Below, in pieces: positions 22,370 through 33,767 of a stretch of 64,000 nucleotides of DNA. The DNA is taken from the NCBI RefSeq assembly GCF_006345805.1, contig NC_042997.1, positions 211,668,001 to 211,732,000 on the forward strand. The letters run 5' to 3'. This DNA comes from Octopus sinensis. Taxonomy: Eukaryota. The position numbers were made by a program, and so were the translations under genes. The notes under the pieces are model-generated. The model was not told where the DNA came from. It ran no database searches and saw only the letters and a list, made by a program, of their open reading frames with translations. How positions within the stretch are numbered: position 1 is the stretch's first letter; each line of letters starts with the position of its first letter.

Positions 22370-24196
22370 ATGTCGAAACGTGGAAGTTGTAATAAAGAGG
22401 ATAAACTGACGAGGATCGCCATCGTCAGCAACGACAAATGCAAACCAAAGAAATGCCGGCAAGAATGCAAGAAGAGCTGTCCTGTCGTCCGAATGGAGAA
22501 ATTGTGTATAGAAGTGTGTCCCAGTGATAAAATCGCCTACATTTCTGAAGAACTGTGCATTGGATGTGGTATATGTGCCAAGAAATGTCCGTTCGAGGCG
22601 ATAACCATCATCAATCTGCCGAGTAATCTGGAGAAGGACACCACTCACAGGTACAGTGCCAATTCGTTTAAACTTCATCGTCTCCCGATTCCCCGACCGG
22701 GAGAAGTTCTTGGTTTGGTCGGTACCAACGGTATCGGTAAATCTACCGCTCTCAAAATCCTGGCAGGTAAACAAAAACCCAACCTGGGACGGTACAACGA
22801 TCCTCCCGACTGGACGGACATCTTGACGTATTTTCGCGGTTCCGAGTTGCAAAACTACTTCACCAAGATCCTCGAAGACAACATCAAAGCCATCATAAAG
22901 CCTCAATACGTCGACCAAATACCCAAAGCTGTTAAGGGTTCCATTCAACAGCTTTTGGATAAAAAAGACGAAAGAGAAAACCAGGACGAAGTGTGCTGTC
23001 AGCTGGATTTGACCCGGGTTCGAGACCGAAACGTGGAGGACCTGTCTGGCGGGGAACTGCAGAGGTTCGCTTGTGCCATGGTATGTATTCAAAGAGCTGA
23101 TATATTTATGTTTGATGAACCATCCAGTTATTTAGATGTGAAGCAACGTCTAAAAGCTGCCCAAGCCATCCGATCTCTGATCCACCCTGATAAATATATA
23201 ATCGTTGTTGAACATGACTTGTCAGTGCTGGACTACCTCAGTGATTTCATCTGTTGCCTGTATGGAGTACCCGGAGCATATGGGGTGGTCACCATGCCGT
23301 TCAGTGTCCGAGAAGGGATCAATATCTTCCTCGATGGATTCGTTCCCACAGAGAACTTACGTTTTCGGGAGACTTCTTTGACTTTTAAAGTGGCAGAGAC
23401 TGCCATGGAGGAAATTGTGAAACGTTCGTGTCGTTATGATTACGGCAATATGGAGAAACGGTTGGGTAACCATTTCCATCTTACCATCAAAGCCGGGCAG
23501 TTTTCGGACTCTGAAATCCTTGTCATGTTGGGAGAAAACGGGACTGGTAAGACGACATTTATTAAGATGTTGGCCGGTAGATTACAACCTGATTCTGGGG
23601 ACTCCTTACCCTTGTTAAATGTCAGTTATAAACCTCAGAAAATCAGTCCCAAACATCAAGGGACTGTAAGACAGCTGCTCCACGAAAAGATTCGGGACTG
23701 TTACGTGCACCCCCAGTTTGTGGCCGATGTAATGAAACCTTTACAGATTGAAAGTATTATTGATCAGGAGGTACAGAATTTATCTGGTGGTGAATTACAA
23801 CGTGTTGCATTGACTCTTTGTTTGGGCAAACCTGCCGATGTCTACCTGATTGATGAACCGTCTGCCTACCTGGATTCAGAACAACGTCTCCACGCTGCCA
23901 AAGTCATCAAACGTTTCATCATGCATGCCAAAAGGACAGCTTTTGTTGTGGAACATGACTTTATCATGGCCACCTACCTGGCCGACCGTGTGATAGTGTT
24001 CGAAGGGAAGCCCTCTGTCGACACTTTGGCGAATTCCCCGCAATCCTTGTTAAAAGGTATGAATGATTTCTTACAATCTTTGGATATTACTTTTAGAAGG
24101 GACCCAAATAATTTCAGGCCAAGAATTAACAAGTTGAACTCTGTCAAAGACGTGGAGCAAAAGAAGAGTGGTAACTACTTTTTCCTGGAAGACTGA
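22370..24196 (+). CDS. ABCE1: ATP-binding cassette subfamily E member 1 (RLI1, ribosome recycling factor), intronless, 608 aa
   Basis: KLTRIAIV N-terminus; two Fe-S Cys clusters ([15 protein letters not shown]; [12 protein letters not shown]); two NBDs with Walker A GTNGIGKS and GENGTGKT, two LSGGELQ signatures, VEHD H-loops; C-terminal [11 protein letters not shown] at 22370 is 30 nt inside the listed GTG-start ORF. Confidence 0.98.
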   Translation: MSKRGSCNKEDKLTRIAIVSNDKCKPKKCRQECKKSCPVVRMEKLCIEVCPSDKIAYISEELCIGCGICAKKCPFEAITIINLPSNLEKDTTHRYSANSFKLHRLPIPRPGEVLGLVGTNGIGKSTALKILAGKQKPNLGRYNDPPDWTDILTYFRGSELQNYFTKILEDNIKAIIKPQYVDQIPKAVKGSIQQLLDKKDERENQDEVCCQLDLTRVRDRNVEDLSGGELQRFACAMVCIQRADIFMFDEPSSYLDVKQRLKAAQAIRSLIHPDKYIIVVEHDLSVLDYLSDFICCLYGVPGAYGVVTMPFSVREGINIFLDGFVPTENLRFRETSLTFKVAETAMEEIVKRSCRYDYGNMEKRLGNHFHLTIKAGQFSDSEILVMLGENGTGKTTFIKMLAGRLQPDSGDSLPLLNVSYKPQKISPKHQGTVRQLLHEKIRDCYVHPQFVADVMKPLQIESIIDQEVQNLSGGELQRVALTLCLGKPADVYLIDEPSAYLDSEQRLHAAKVIKRFIMHAKRTAFVVEHDFIMATYLADRVIVFEGKPSVDTLANSPQSLLKGMNDFLQSLDITFRRDPNNFRPRINKLNSVKDVEQKKSGNYFFLED

Positions 24197-24487
24197 AGTA
24201 CCTCTTATGTTTCTGGACGAAATTGTTCTGACTGAAGAATAACTAAAAACGGAAAGGATACCCCCCACCACGACAAAGAATTTGATTTAAAGAGGAAAAT
24301 TTAACATTTCTGAATATAAAACTTGTAATTATTTCAGCTGTCGATGCTTACATTAATTACCAAAGTGTGGATTGTAAGCTGAAATCCCAGCTGTCCTGTT
24401 TGGGGTTTTCTTCTGGATCTGGACATATAACAGCAGGAAAATAATGTCATTTTTACTGTACATGTTTTGATTTGGACGGAAGTAGAC

Positions 24488-24516
24488 ATTAAAGTGATGA
24501 GATATAAAAAAAAAAA
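24488..24516 (+). terminator. Candidate ABCE1 polyadenylation signal ATTAAA followed by a genomic A11 run
   Basis: ATTAAA at 24488-24493, 12 nt spacer, A-run at 24506-24516, T-rich sequence downstream. Confidence 0.4.
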
Positions 24517-25656
24517 GGAAGAAGATCAAATATTTTGAATATTCTGTTTATTTTCTTTCAGTTTTCACCTTCTCCCTCAACAATCTGCCCTGCTGCACTA
24601 ATTGTCTTTGTTATATTAGCTCAAGTAATTCCATAGTCTAATTGTTTGTTTGAATCAACAGTTTTATATTTCACTAGCTGTACCCACGCAACACTTGTGT
24701 GCGAGAGCTTTCACTGGTGTCTGGCATGTGAATCTCCTATCAAAACTTACTGCCTATGGGCCCCACCCATTTCTCTTGGATCCACATTCAGAAAAAAAGG
24801 TCATCTGACCGACAGACACACTCAAGTCTCTGGCCCACAAGCATACTGTGTCCCCTCTCTCTGTTTCTTCTATAAGGGTCTCTGCTTATTAGGGCAAGGC
24901 TCAGCTCAGGTGTCACTCACAATCGTTACAGTAACATATATGTATGTATATATGCACGTACAGACTTCTGCATGTGCAATTTGTGTGTATATATACATAC
25001 ATCTATGTATATATATATAAAGAAAAATGTATTTATGTATCCATATACATTTATATTTGTATATATTTATATACCCTTGTGTGTGTGTGTTTATATATAT
25101 CCAACTCATATCAGCGTGGAAGAAGACTTAAATACTTATGGCATTTGTGCATGCAGATTCTCTCTATCTCTGTGTATGTATATCTATCTATCTATCTATC
25201 TATCTATCTGTGTATCTATATATATGAAAAAGAAAAGGAAGAATATGAAGAAACTGACATACAGATATTAGTTTATTCAAAGGTATTCAAATCCATATAA
25301 TGAAATTCCAGTCCTGCAGCTGCTTCCATACCCAATTAGTTCAATTATAGAAATTAGATTAATTTGATTCAAGTTTTCATATTGAAACTGGTCCATTTGG
25401 TATTTTAGCATATTGGTTAACCTGTGACAGACACACCTGGGTCTGTTGTAGGACTGGAATTTCGTTAATTAAATTTGATCTCTTTGAATAAACTGAGACC
25501 TGCATGCCAGTTTCTCTGATTTCTTCCTTTTCTCATTCGTAAATAATTTAAATATCTTTATATATCAGTGTAAAACTATATTTGGTTCTCACTGAACACT
25601 GGTCTTAACCGAAGAATTAGAATGCTAGCATCCCATCAAAGGATTATAGGTCCTTG

Positions 25657-25699
<43 letters not shown>

Positions 25700-25780
25700 A
25701 TAATAAATATTAGGGAATGAATCCAAAATTACAGGGAAAAATCAGATTTAGGGTTAAATCCAATTTTATAGTAAAATATT

Positions 25781-26124
25781 ATATAATATAATTCGAGACA
25801 AAACCACTATTTTAAAACCAAACAAGAAAAGACTTAATCAATACATAAAATTTTAATATAAATTAAATAAACCGCCACTACAATTGTTTCCTGTCTTCTA
25901 CTGACATTCTTCAGGTGGATTTTCGATCTTCTAATCAGTATCAAATTAATTAATCATAATTTGATACTGATTAGAAGATCGAAAATCCACCTGAAGAATG
26001 TCAATAGAAGACAGGAAACAATTGTAGTGGCGGTTTATTTAATTTATATTAAAATTTTATGTATTGATTAAGTCTTTCCTTGTTTGATTTTAAAATAGTG
26101 GTTTTGTCTCGAATTATATTATAT
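25781..26124. repeat. Near-perfect palindrome (168 bp arms, 8 nt loop) in (TA)n; probable Penelope-like inverted terminal remnant
   Basis: Arms 25781-25948 and 25957-26124, about 3 mismatches. Confidence 0.9.
25987..26030 (+). ncRNA. Minimal type I hammerhead ribozyme motif (mirror copy at 25875-25918, minus)
   Basis: CCAC-CUGAAGA-AUGUC aauagaa GACAG-GAA-AC aauu GU-A^GUGG. Stem I CCAC/GUGG, stem II UGUC/GACA, 2 bp stem III with a palindromic loop. Confidence 0.5.
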
Positions 26125-26578
26125 ATATATATATATATATATACAAATTGAGATAGGGGTTGTAAATGCAACCCTCCATGGGATAACGTATATCCAATAT
26201 ACTGCTAGTGAAGTACCCAACAAAGTTAATACATAAATGTTAAGGATTGCGATGCAATCAATTCATTTACTGTATTATATGGGCAAAGGTAAAATGATTT
26301 ACCACAAATTACTAATACAAGATAAGAAAATGGAGAAATACATTTAAATCAAATATCAATTACCAGATAATACTTAATCACATATATATTCTACTTATTA
26401 TACAACATTACTCTTTTATGTACACTTTTTTATGTACATTCCTTTATGTACACTGATTTGTTCTGCTTTTTTATGTTTAACCCTACAGTCTCTTATGTGG
26501 TGGTTTAATAAAGCATGTGATTGAGTATTATCTGGTAGTTGATATTTGATTTAGATGTATTTCTCCATTTTCTTATCT

Positions 26579-26640
<62 letters not shown>

Positions 26641-26898
26641 ACTGTTCTGTGGTGGTAAGATCAAAAAAGGACCCCATCTGGTGAGAGATGAATGTTATTT
26701 AATAAACATAGTATATATTTTTATATGCCACTATTAGTTTCATGTGATGAAATCATGCCAAACTGTTTTTAACACATCTGATGTCCTAGCACAATCATCA
26801 GACAATTGTGCTAGGACACCAGACATTAAAAAATACTGTTTGGCATGCTTTCAGCACTTGAAGCTAATAGTGGCACATTAATATAGAATATAAAAGGG

Positions 26899-27200
26899 TA
26901 AAGACCCCCTTTTGGTCATGAATGACCATGGGATTGCATGTAGAAAGTTTCCATTTGAGGTACAAGTTTGGGCAAGGTTGTTTATGGAAGACCACCAGTT
27001 GCTCATGCATACCATCCTCTCCTCTCCATGCCACCGATGTTATCCAAGGGAAAAGAAAATGGGGCCGATACAGCTTGGCACCAGTGATGTTGCAACTCAT
27101 TTCTACAGCTGAGTGAAATGGAGCAACAGGAAATCAAGTGTCTTGCTCAAGATCACAACACACAGCCTGATCTGGGAATTGAACTCGCTACATCATGATA
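26899..27200 (-). mobile_element. CORE-like tRNA SINE, family B
   Basis: Reverse match to the 58041 copy. Confidence 0.75.
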
Positions 27201-27549
27201 CACACACACACACATATATAGAGTTTACTTTTCTGTTAAGGTTAGATCAACAAAAACTAACTCCATTTTGGTGAGAGATAAATATTTAATGTTTGCAGTA
27301 GCTGGCCATAATAGTTTCATGCATTGGAGGTGTTTTCTAGGCAGATCTTAATAACATACCTAGTGACTCCAAGCAATCTTTGAGCTCGAAGCACATGGCC
27401 TATACAAGTTACAAATCTATTGTCCTGTTATGTAACTTGTATAGTCCATGTGTTTAGAAACACTAAATGTGTTATTAAAACACCTAGAAAACATCTCCAT
27501 TGTATGAAACTATTAATAACTCATGACTATTTACTATTTACATTAAATA

Positions 27550-27880
27550 GGTACTACTAGCGAACAGTGGTCCCGGTGCGCGCATCCATGCTAGCTAGTC
27601 GCAAGTAGTCGATCCTACAACGACTTTTTAACCCTAAACCTGACCCTAACCCTAACCCTAACCTTAGTTTGTTTATAAAAATAATTTATTTCCTTAGTTT
27701 ATAAAATTATTTACTTTGCGTTTTATTTACTTTGTTCGAAAAATATTATTTAATTTTCTTTGATATGGATTCAGCCTTGAAATACAAACATACGTGCAAG
27801 TCATTGTAGGATCGACTATTTACGACTAGCTAGTGCGGATGCACAAGTGCACGCACCGCAACCACTTCGCTAGTAGTACC
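27550..27880. mobile_element. Mutator (MULE)-like MITE with 9 bp TSD and internal (CCCTAA)n
   Basis: GG-start TIRs; CATTAAATA at 27541-27549 and 27881-27889. Confidence 0.85.
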
Positions 27881-28078
27881 CATTAAATAGTATATGTTTA
27901 TAGTTACATATATTTATATAACGTAGAAGTGTAATTATATATATTTATAAACATATTTATGTGTATAAATTTATATGCCTATGTGTATATACACACTCCT
28001 TGTCCAGTGTGAATTGTTGGAAATGGTTCTGTCCAGGTGGAAGTGTTTGACCCAATATTTGTTGTGGTAGGGAGAATG

Positions 28079-28457
28079 TTTACTTCCTGTTTCTGTTGTA
28101 CCTGTATTTCAAAGGGCCGGCCTTGTTACTCTCTGTGTCACGGAGGAGAGAGTGTATTGTCCCACTGATGAGTAATTTCACCTCTCTGAGCATTTCTTCT
28201 TTCTTGAGCCATGCCTGGCTCATAAGGGCCGGTTTCTTGGCGTATAGGTTCTCCACCTGGACGGGACGCCAGTCCATCGCTGGTGAGCTGCAAGATGCAG
28301 GACGAAAGAGTCAGCAGTTCACCATTACCTTCTGCCGGAGCCGCATGGAGCTTAGGTGTTTCACTCATAAACATACACATCGCTCGGTCTGAGATTCGAA
28401 CCTGCGATCCCTCGACCGTGAGTCCGCTGCTCTAACCACTAGGCCATGTGCCTCCAC
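28079..28457 (-). mobile_element. tRNA SINE family A, chimeric variant
   Basis: GGAGGCAC..AGTGGTTAG head; internal cctggacgggacgccagtccatcgc segment is absent from the other family-A copies. Confidence 0.65.
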
Positions 28458-29040
28458 TCTCTGAGCTTTAACTGTTAGGTGCCATTCTTTCTAAATTGTT
28501 AATGGCTGATAGGGAATCTGGAGTGTGACTTACCTGAGCACAGTCGTCAACGTGTAAACTGAGCTTGTTGGTGACCTGCTGCCTTTGGGTGCTGGACAGA
28601 TTACTGCTGAGTGCAGCAGTGTTCAGCCTTATGTAACCTTATATGCTAAGGGACTCAGATTTCCTGTATGGAGATTCACAAATGGAGCGTCATGCATTCT
28701 GCGAATGCTCTATTAATAAATCCATGCTGTACAATGAGAAGCTAAGAATAGCAACTTTTAGGAATTAAAACTAAGACAAGTGGTTGGAAACCAATACTGG
28801 AGTGAGTTGGAAAAAGAACTCCGTGTGTTTTAGAAAATTTATTGTAAAAAAAACAAAGAAATGCTTAGTAAAATCTTTGACAGCTTCACAAATGTAATTG
28901 AAGGGTCTTCAAACGGGTCTCTGTATCCTTTGAGAAAAAGGGTCTTTCTGAATAGCCATCTTAATCTCCTTACCAAGATTCTCATTAGCCAGTCTGTGTT
29001 TTTATTCTCCTTTGCGTTAGTGAGATATAGTCACATACAT

Positions 29041-29413
29041 ATAAGGCGATGAGCTGGCAGAATCGTTAGCACGCTGAGTGAAATGCTTAGCGGTATTTCG
29101 TCTGCCGCTACGTTGAGTTCAAATTCCGCCGAGGTCGACTTTGCCTTTCATCCTTTTGGGGTCGATATAATCGACTTAATCCGTTTGTCCTCTCTGTGTT
29201 TAGCCCCTTGTGGATAGTAAAGAAATAGGTATTTCATCTGCCGTTACGTTCTGAGTTCAAATTCCGCCGGGGTCAACTTTGCCTTTCATTCTTTCGGGGT
29301 CGATAAATTAAGTACCAGTTACGCACTGGGGTCGATATAATCGACTTAATTCGTTTGTCTGTGCTTGTTTGTCCTCTCTGTGTTTAGCCCCTTGTGGGTA
29401 GTAAAGAAATAGG
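29041..29413 (+). mobile_element. Dimeric family-M SINE with one 15 bp TSD
   Basis: tatagtcacatacat at 29026-29040 and 29414-29428. Confidence 0.9.
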
Positions 29414-30000
29414 TATAGTCACATACATTTGATGGCCCCAGAGGCCAGCCTCTCTGTACAGATCTGGTCACCAGATGCAATACACTGGCACATTTAGGAA
29501 CCCCCCAACAGCATCAATTGACAGCATGTATTACATGTGTCTAACTTGTTTCTTACCTCTAACGACCTCTATCGTTACTGCCAGGCTGAAGAATCCAAAA
29601 TGCAGATCCCAGACCAACTTCAGCCGTTTGGCATTCAGATTATTCTGTCAAATGTAAAACTTATTTATTCAGAATTTCAAAGATTAATCGGTAGGTGTGA
29701 GATGCTGGATCCGGCTGGTTTGAACATTGATGGCAAACAGGAGATAAGAGAAGAGGTGGAGGAGAAACACCTTCGGACTTTCCAGGAGAATTGAGGAAGA
29801 GGGGCATGCATGCAGATTTAATACTTCACCTCACCAACCGAACCTTTCAATGTCATGTCTGCTGTGACTGATGTTACATATCAAGTCTTGGGATGTTCTG
29901 ATGCCAAGGGACTCACCAGTGGAAGAATACGGTCATCATCAGATTCAGTGGACACCTATAGCAAGCAACACACACACACATGTATGTGTATTTATATATA

Positions 30001-30243
30001 TATATATATTGTATATAAATAGAAGGGGCAGGCAACAGGTTGCTTAGCCACATACCGAAAAAATTAGAAATAGCAGTCGGAGACTGTTTTCTACAAGTGG
30101 TACTCCACATACGACATATCCTTGTCGTATGTGGAGTCCCACCTGTAGAAAATAGAAATAAACAGTCTCCGACTGCTATTTCTAATTTTTTCGGTATGCG
30201 GCTAAGCAACCTGCCCCTTCTATTTATATACAATATATATATA
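30001..30243. repeat. (TA)n-flanked palindrome, ~115 bp arms
   Basis: Loop tatcct at 30117-30122; small arm-specific indels. Confidence 0.85.
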
Positions 30244-30361
30244 CTGAACTTCACAGAAGTTCCTGCCGCTAACGGTTATATTTACATGCCGAAATCTACC
30301 AGTAAATAATTGTTGGTTTTTTGAAAAACCATCGAAGAAATTACTCTTATTATTATATTAT

Positions 30362-30880
30362 ACTAGCAGTATTGCCCGGCGTTGCTCGGGTTTGTAAGGG
30401 AAATAACTATATAAGCATTTTTAGAGAGTTACTTCCTTTATAGATGCCAATTCGGGCTTTCTTAGCCATTTCTGTTTTGGTGTCTTCAAGCCATGAAGTC
30501 GTTGTTCTAAAAGAACGCTGGTCTCCTTGACAATGCATTACGACGTTGATTTCCTTAAACTCCCTTCCCCACAGCTTCACGAGGGAGGGAAGAAGGGGGA
30601 GAAGCAAACACAGGTGCAGGTGTTTGAGCGTGGACGCCAACTCCGCCGCCATCGACACACGAAAAATTATGCATTAAAATGGAATAAAAAATGATGTTAA
30701 ATTATTTTTAAAATCATAGACTCATCGTAGACGCGCGCTAATAGCCAGACGGGCTCGATATTAATCACGACTATAAGATACCCGAATTTGGTTAAACTGC
30801 ACCGCAAAATGTGGGAGGAGTTAGGAATCTAAATCGTAGGAGACAGACACTCACACAACTACAGTTTTATATATATAGAT
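30362..30880 (+). mobile_element. Helentron/Helitron-like element with ~230 bp of extra internal sequence
   Basis: Termini as in the 7344 copy; 30440-30670 is absent from the other two copies. Confidence 0.65.
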
Positions 30881-30891
30881 ATATATATATA

Positions 30892-31049
30892 TTAGAAGAA
30901 ATGAGCTACTCAGAAATGCGGATGGTTTTCTTTTACAGATATTTATTAGCGCTAATATATGATATATGATATATAAAGACATGTAACATGCTAATAAATA
31001 TCTGTAAATATAAAACCATCCGCATTTCTGAGTACCTCATTTCTTCTAA
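30892..31049. repeat. (TA)n-flanked inverted repeat, ~60 bp arms
   Basis: Arms 30892-30950 and 30990-31049. Confidence 0.85.
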
Positions 31050-31070
31050 TATATATATATATATATATAT

Positions 31071-31286
31071 CATCATCGTTTAACGTCCGTTTTCCGCGCT
31101 AGCACGGGTTGGACAGTTCGACCGGGGTCTGGGAAGCCAGGGGCTGCTCCAGGCTCCAGTCTGATCTGGCAGAGTTTCTACGGCTGGATGCCCTTCCTAA
31201 CACCAACCACTCTGTGAGTGTAGTGGGTGCTTTTTACGTGCCACCTGCACAGGTGCCAGGGGGGGGGTCCGGCATCGGCCACGATC

Positions 31287-31290
<4 letters not shown>
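31071..31290 (-). mobile_element. RTE tail copy
   Basis: Same motifs. Confidence 0.8.
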
Positions 31291-31324
<34 letters not shown>

Positions 31325-31900
31325 TACACACTCTTACCTCGGTACTGCAGACCTACCTTTAATGGATTTTGGAAGCAGGTGATTCAATTTAAAACTCTGA
31401 TGTACTATGAGCTCATTGCTCCATGGTTTTGCCCCTTTTTATGCATTGTGTTCGAAATACCATTTTGTATTCCTCTGTCTTTCATCATGTAATTGTTGAT
31501 ATTTGCTACTTCTAACGTAACCTTAGTGTCGGTACCTATGGACCATCGCTTTCCTTGGACCAGTGTTCCCCCTTTTTAGTCTGCACTACCGAGCTATGAG
31601 TGTATATATATATGTATATATATGCACATTTACACACACACACGCACACATTATTTATGTGTTGAGTAAAGAGGTTTGCATAATATCTGAGCTAATGTCT
31701 TTTTTATCCTTTTTAGGTCAACTGGATACAAGAATATTTATTTTTATGTATGAATAAACATTAAATCAATGATGATATCCTCCTCATCATCATCTTTTAA
31801 TGTCTGTTGTAAGAGCTTACCAGACCTGGTCAAATCGTCCAACCCATGCCAGCATGGACAATGGATGTGAAATGATAATAATGAATATATATATATTTCA

Positions 31901-32412
31901 TACGAGGATGAGTCAAAAAGTAATGCCAGATATAATTACCAACACAGGAACATGTATCATACATCAAAATGAAGCTGGTCCTCTGTAGATCACATCCCTA
32001 TTTCTCAACACAGTCACCGTTTCTCTCAATAGCAATGTTCCACCTTTGAATGAGAGCATGGATCCCTGCCCTGTAAAATTCTGTTGACTGTTCTTTGAGC
32101 CACTTCTTCACCAGATTTAGTGCCTTCAAACTATCATCTCTTCAGTTTGAGAGGCAAACATTATTCCAGTGACGAGGAAGTGAAAACTGTAGTGAAGAAG
32201 TGGCTCACAGAACAGTCAACAGAATTTTATGGGTCAGGGATACATGCTCTCATTCAAAGGTGGAACATTGCTATTGAGGGGAATGGTGACTATGTTGAGA
32301 AGTAGGGATGTGATCCACAGAGGACCAGCTTCATGTTGATGTATGAGACATGTTCCTGTGTTGGTAATTATACCTGTCCTAAACAAAATGGCATTACTTT
32401 TTTTTACTTGCA
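31901..32412. mobile_element. Mariner fold-back element with two right ends
   Basis: ~210 bp inverted arms include coding sequence KWLTEQSTEFYGSGIHALIQRWNIAIEGNGDYVEK*; starts TA. Confidence 0.8.
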
Positions 32413-32826
32413 TGGGTCAACCATTGTGTGGTATTAAGACAAAGAGACACAAACACACCTATTTAATGGGCTTCTTTCAGTTTCCATTGACCAAATCAAC
32501 TCTGGCTTTATTTTCTGTATGTATATACATACACATACACACACACACACATTTATATAATATATACTGTGTATAAACAGGTTTCCAGTCTACCCCAGGT
32601 ATTGTCATTTTGTCACCATGCATTACACACTTGTATATTATTTGTAAATCTGTTCGAAAACATAAGGACACAGATTGTGTCGTATGGCCAGCTGCTGGAG
32701 ACGATGTCTCCTGGGGCTAAATTACAGCAACATTTGTCCTAAACCAGGACTGCCATGTTACATTGGCAAATAATCTTTTACTCCCCACTTGTAATATGTT
32801 TTAGAATATTTACATAACAGTGTAAA

Positions 32827-33231
32827 TAGGCACAGGAGTGGCTGTGTGGTAAGTAGCTTGCTTACCAGCCACATGGTTCCGGGTTCAGTCCCACTGCGTG
32901 GCATCTTGGGCAAGTGTCTTCTACTATAGCCCCGGGCCGACCAATGCCTTGTGAGTGGATTTGGTAGACGGAAACTGAAAGAAGCCTGTCGTATATATGT
33001 ATATTTAGATGCGTGTGTGTGTTTGGGTGTCTGTGTTTGTCCCCCTAGCATTGCATGAGAACCGATGCTGGTGTGTTTATGTCCCCGTTACTTAGCGGTT
33101 CGGCAAAAGAGACCGATAGAATAAGTACTGGGCTTACAAAAGAATAAGTCCCCGGGTCGAGTTGCTCGATTAAAGGCGGTGCTCCAGCATGGCTGCAGTC
33201 AAATGACTGAAACAAGTAAAAGAGTAAAGAG
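32827..33231 (+). mobile_element. OK-type SINE, full length
   Basis: Head and tail as in the 13485 copy. Confidence 0.9.
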
Positions 33232-33767
33232 TGTTGAAGATAATATATATCTCTCATTATAATCATCATTTAATGTCTGTGCTGCATGGTTCTACAGAAT
33301 CTAGCTGGGGTCTGCTTTGGCAAGGTTTCTATGGTTGGATACCCTTTCTAATGCTGACCATTTTACAGAGTGTACTGGCTGCTGTTATTGGTGGCACCAG
33401 CAGGGTGTCGGCAAGTGACTTGCAAGATGAGACCCCTTACAGAGTGGGGTGCAGTATTGAGGAAGGTGGCATCGCTTTGGGTGCTGAGGGACAGGAATGG
33501 GTATCTTGCTGTAAAATTAGAGGGAGATGTGGTGCCAGGGCACAGCCTGAACACATAAGGGGGTGGGGTGGGGGTTCAGAGAAATGCACAATGACAGGGG
33601 TCAGGTGTATATGGTGGTGGATACACAGACAGTTTCTCTCGTTGGACACTGGCTATGGGTCAACATTTTTTGACCCATTGCTAAGTTATGGAAGTGCAAA
33701 AACCCTGACAGCAGTTGTGAGGTGGTGAGAGATAAACCCAAGCAATATAGTTATTGATGTAGGTGCA

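Noticed and set aside
22322-23092. 256 aa antisense ORF over ABCE1
   Set aside because: Shadow of the sense-strand codon usage; no recognisable motifs.
24561-24623. Possible mini-exon after a strong ttctgtttattttctttcag acceptor
   Set aside because: No homology or partner exons; the T-rich tract is equally explained as a downstream polyadenylation element.
27630-27663. (CCCTAA)n as a telomere or fusion relic
   Set aside because: Short, degenerate and internal to a TIR element; similar hexamers occur in other MITEs (12610, 10303).
29537-29794. 85 aa non-repetitive ORF
   Set aside because: No recognisable motif, no convincing splice sites, non-ATG start.
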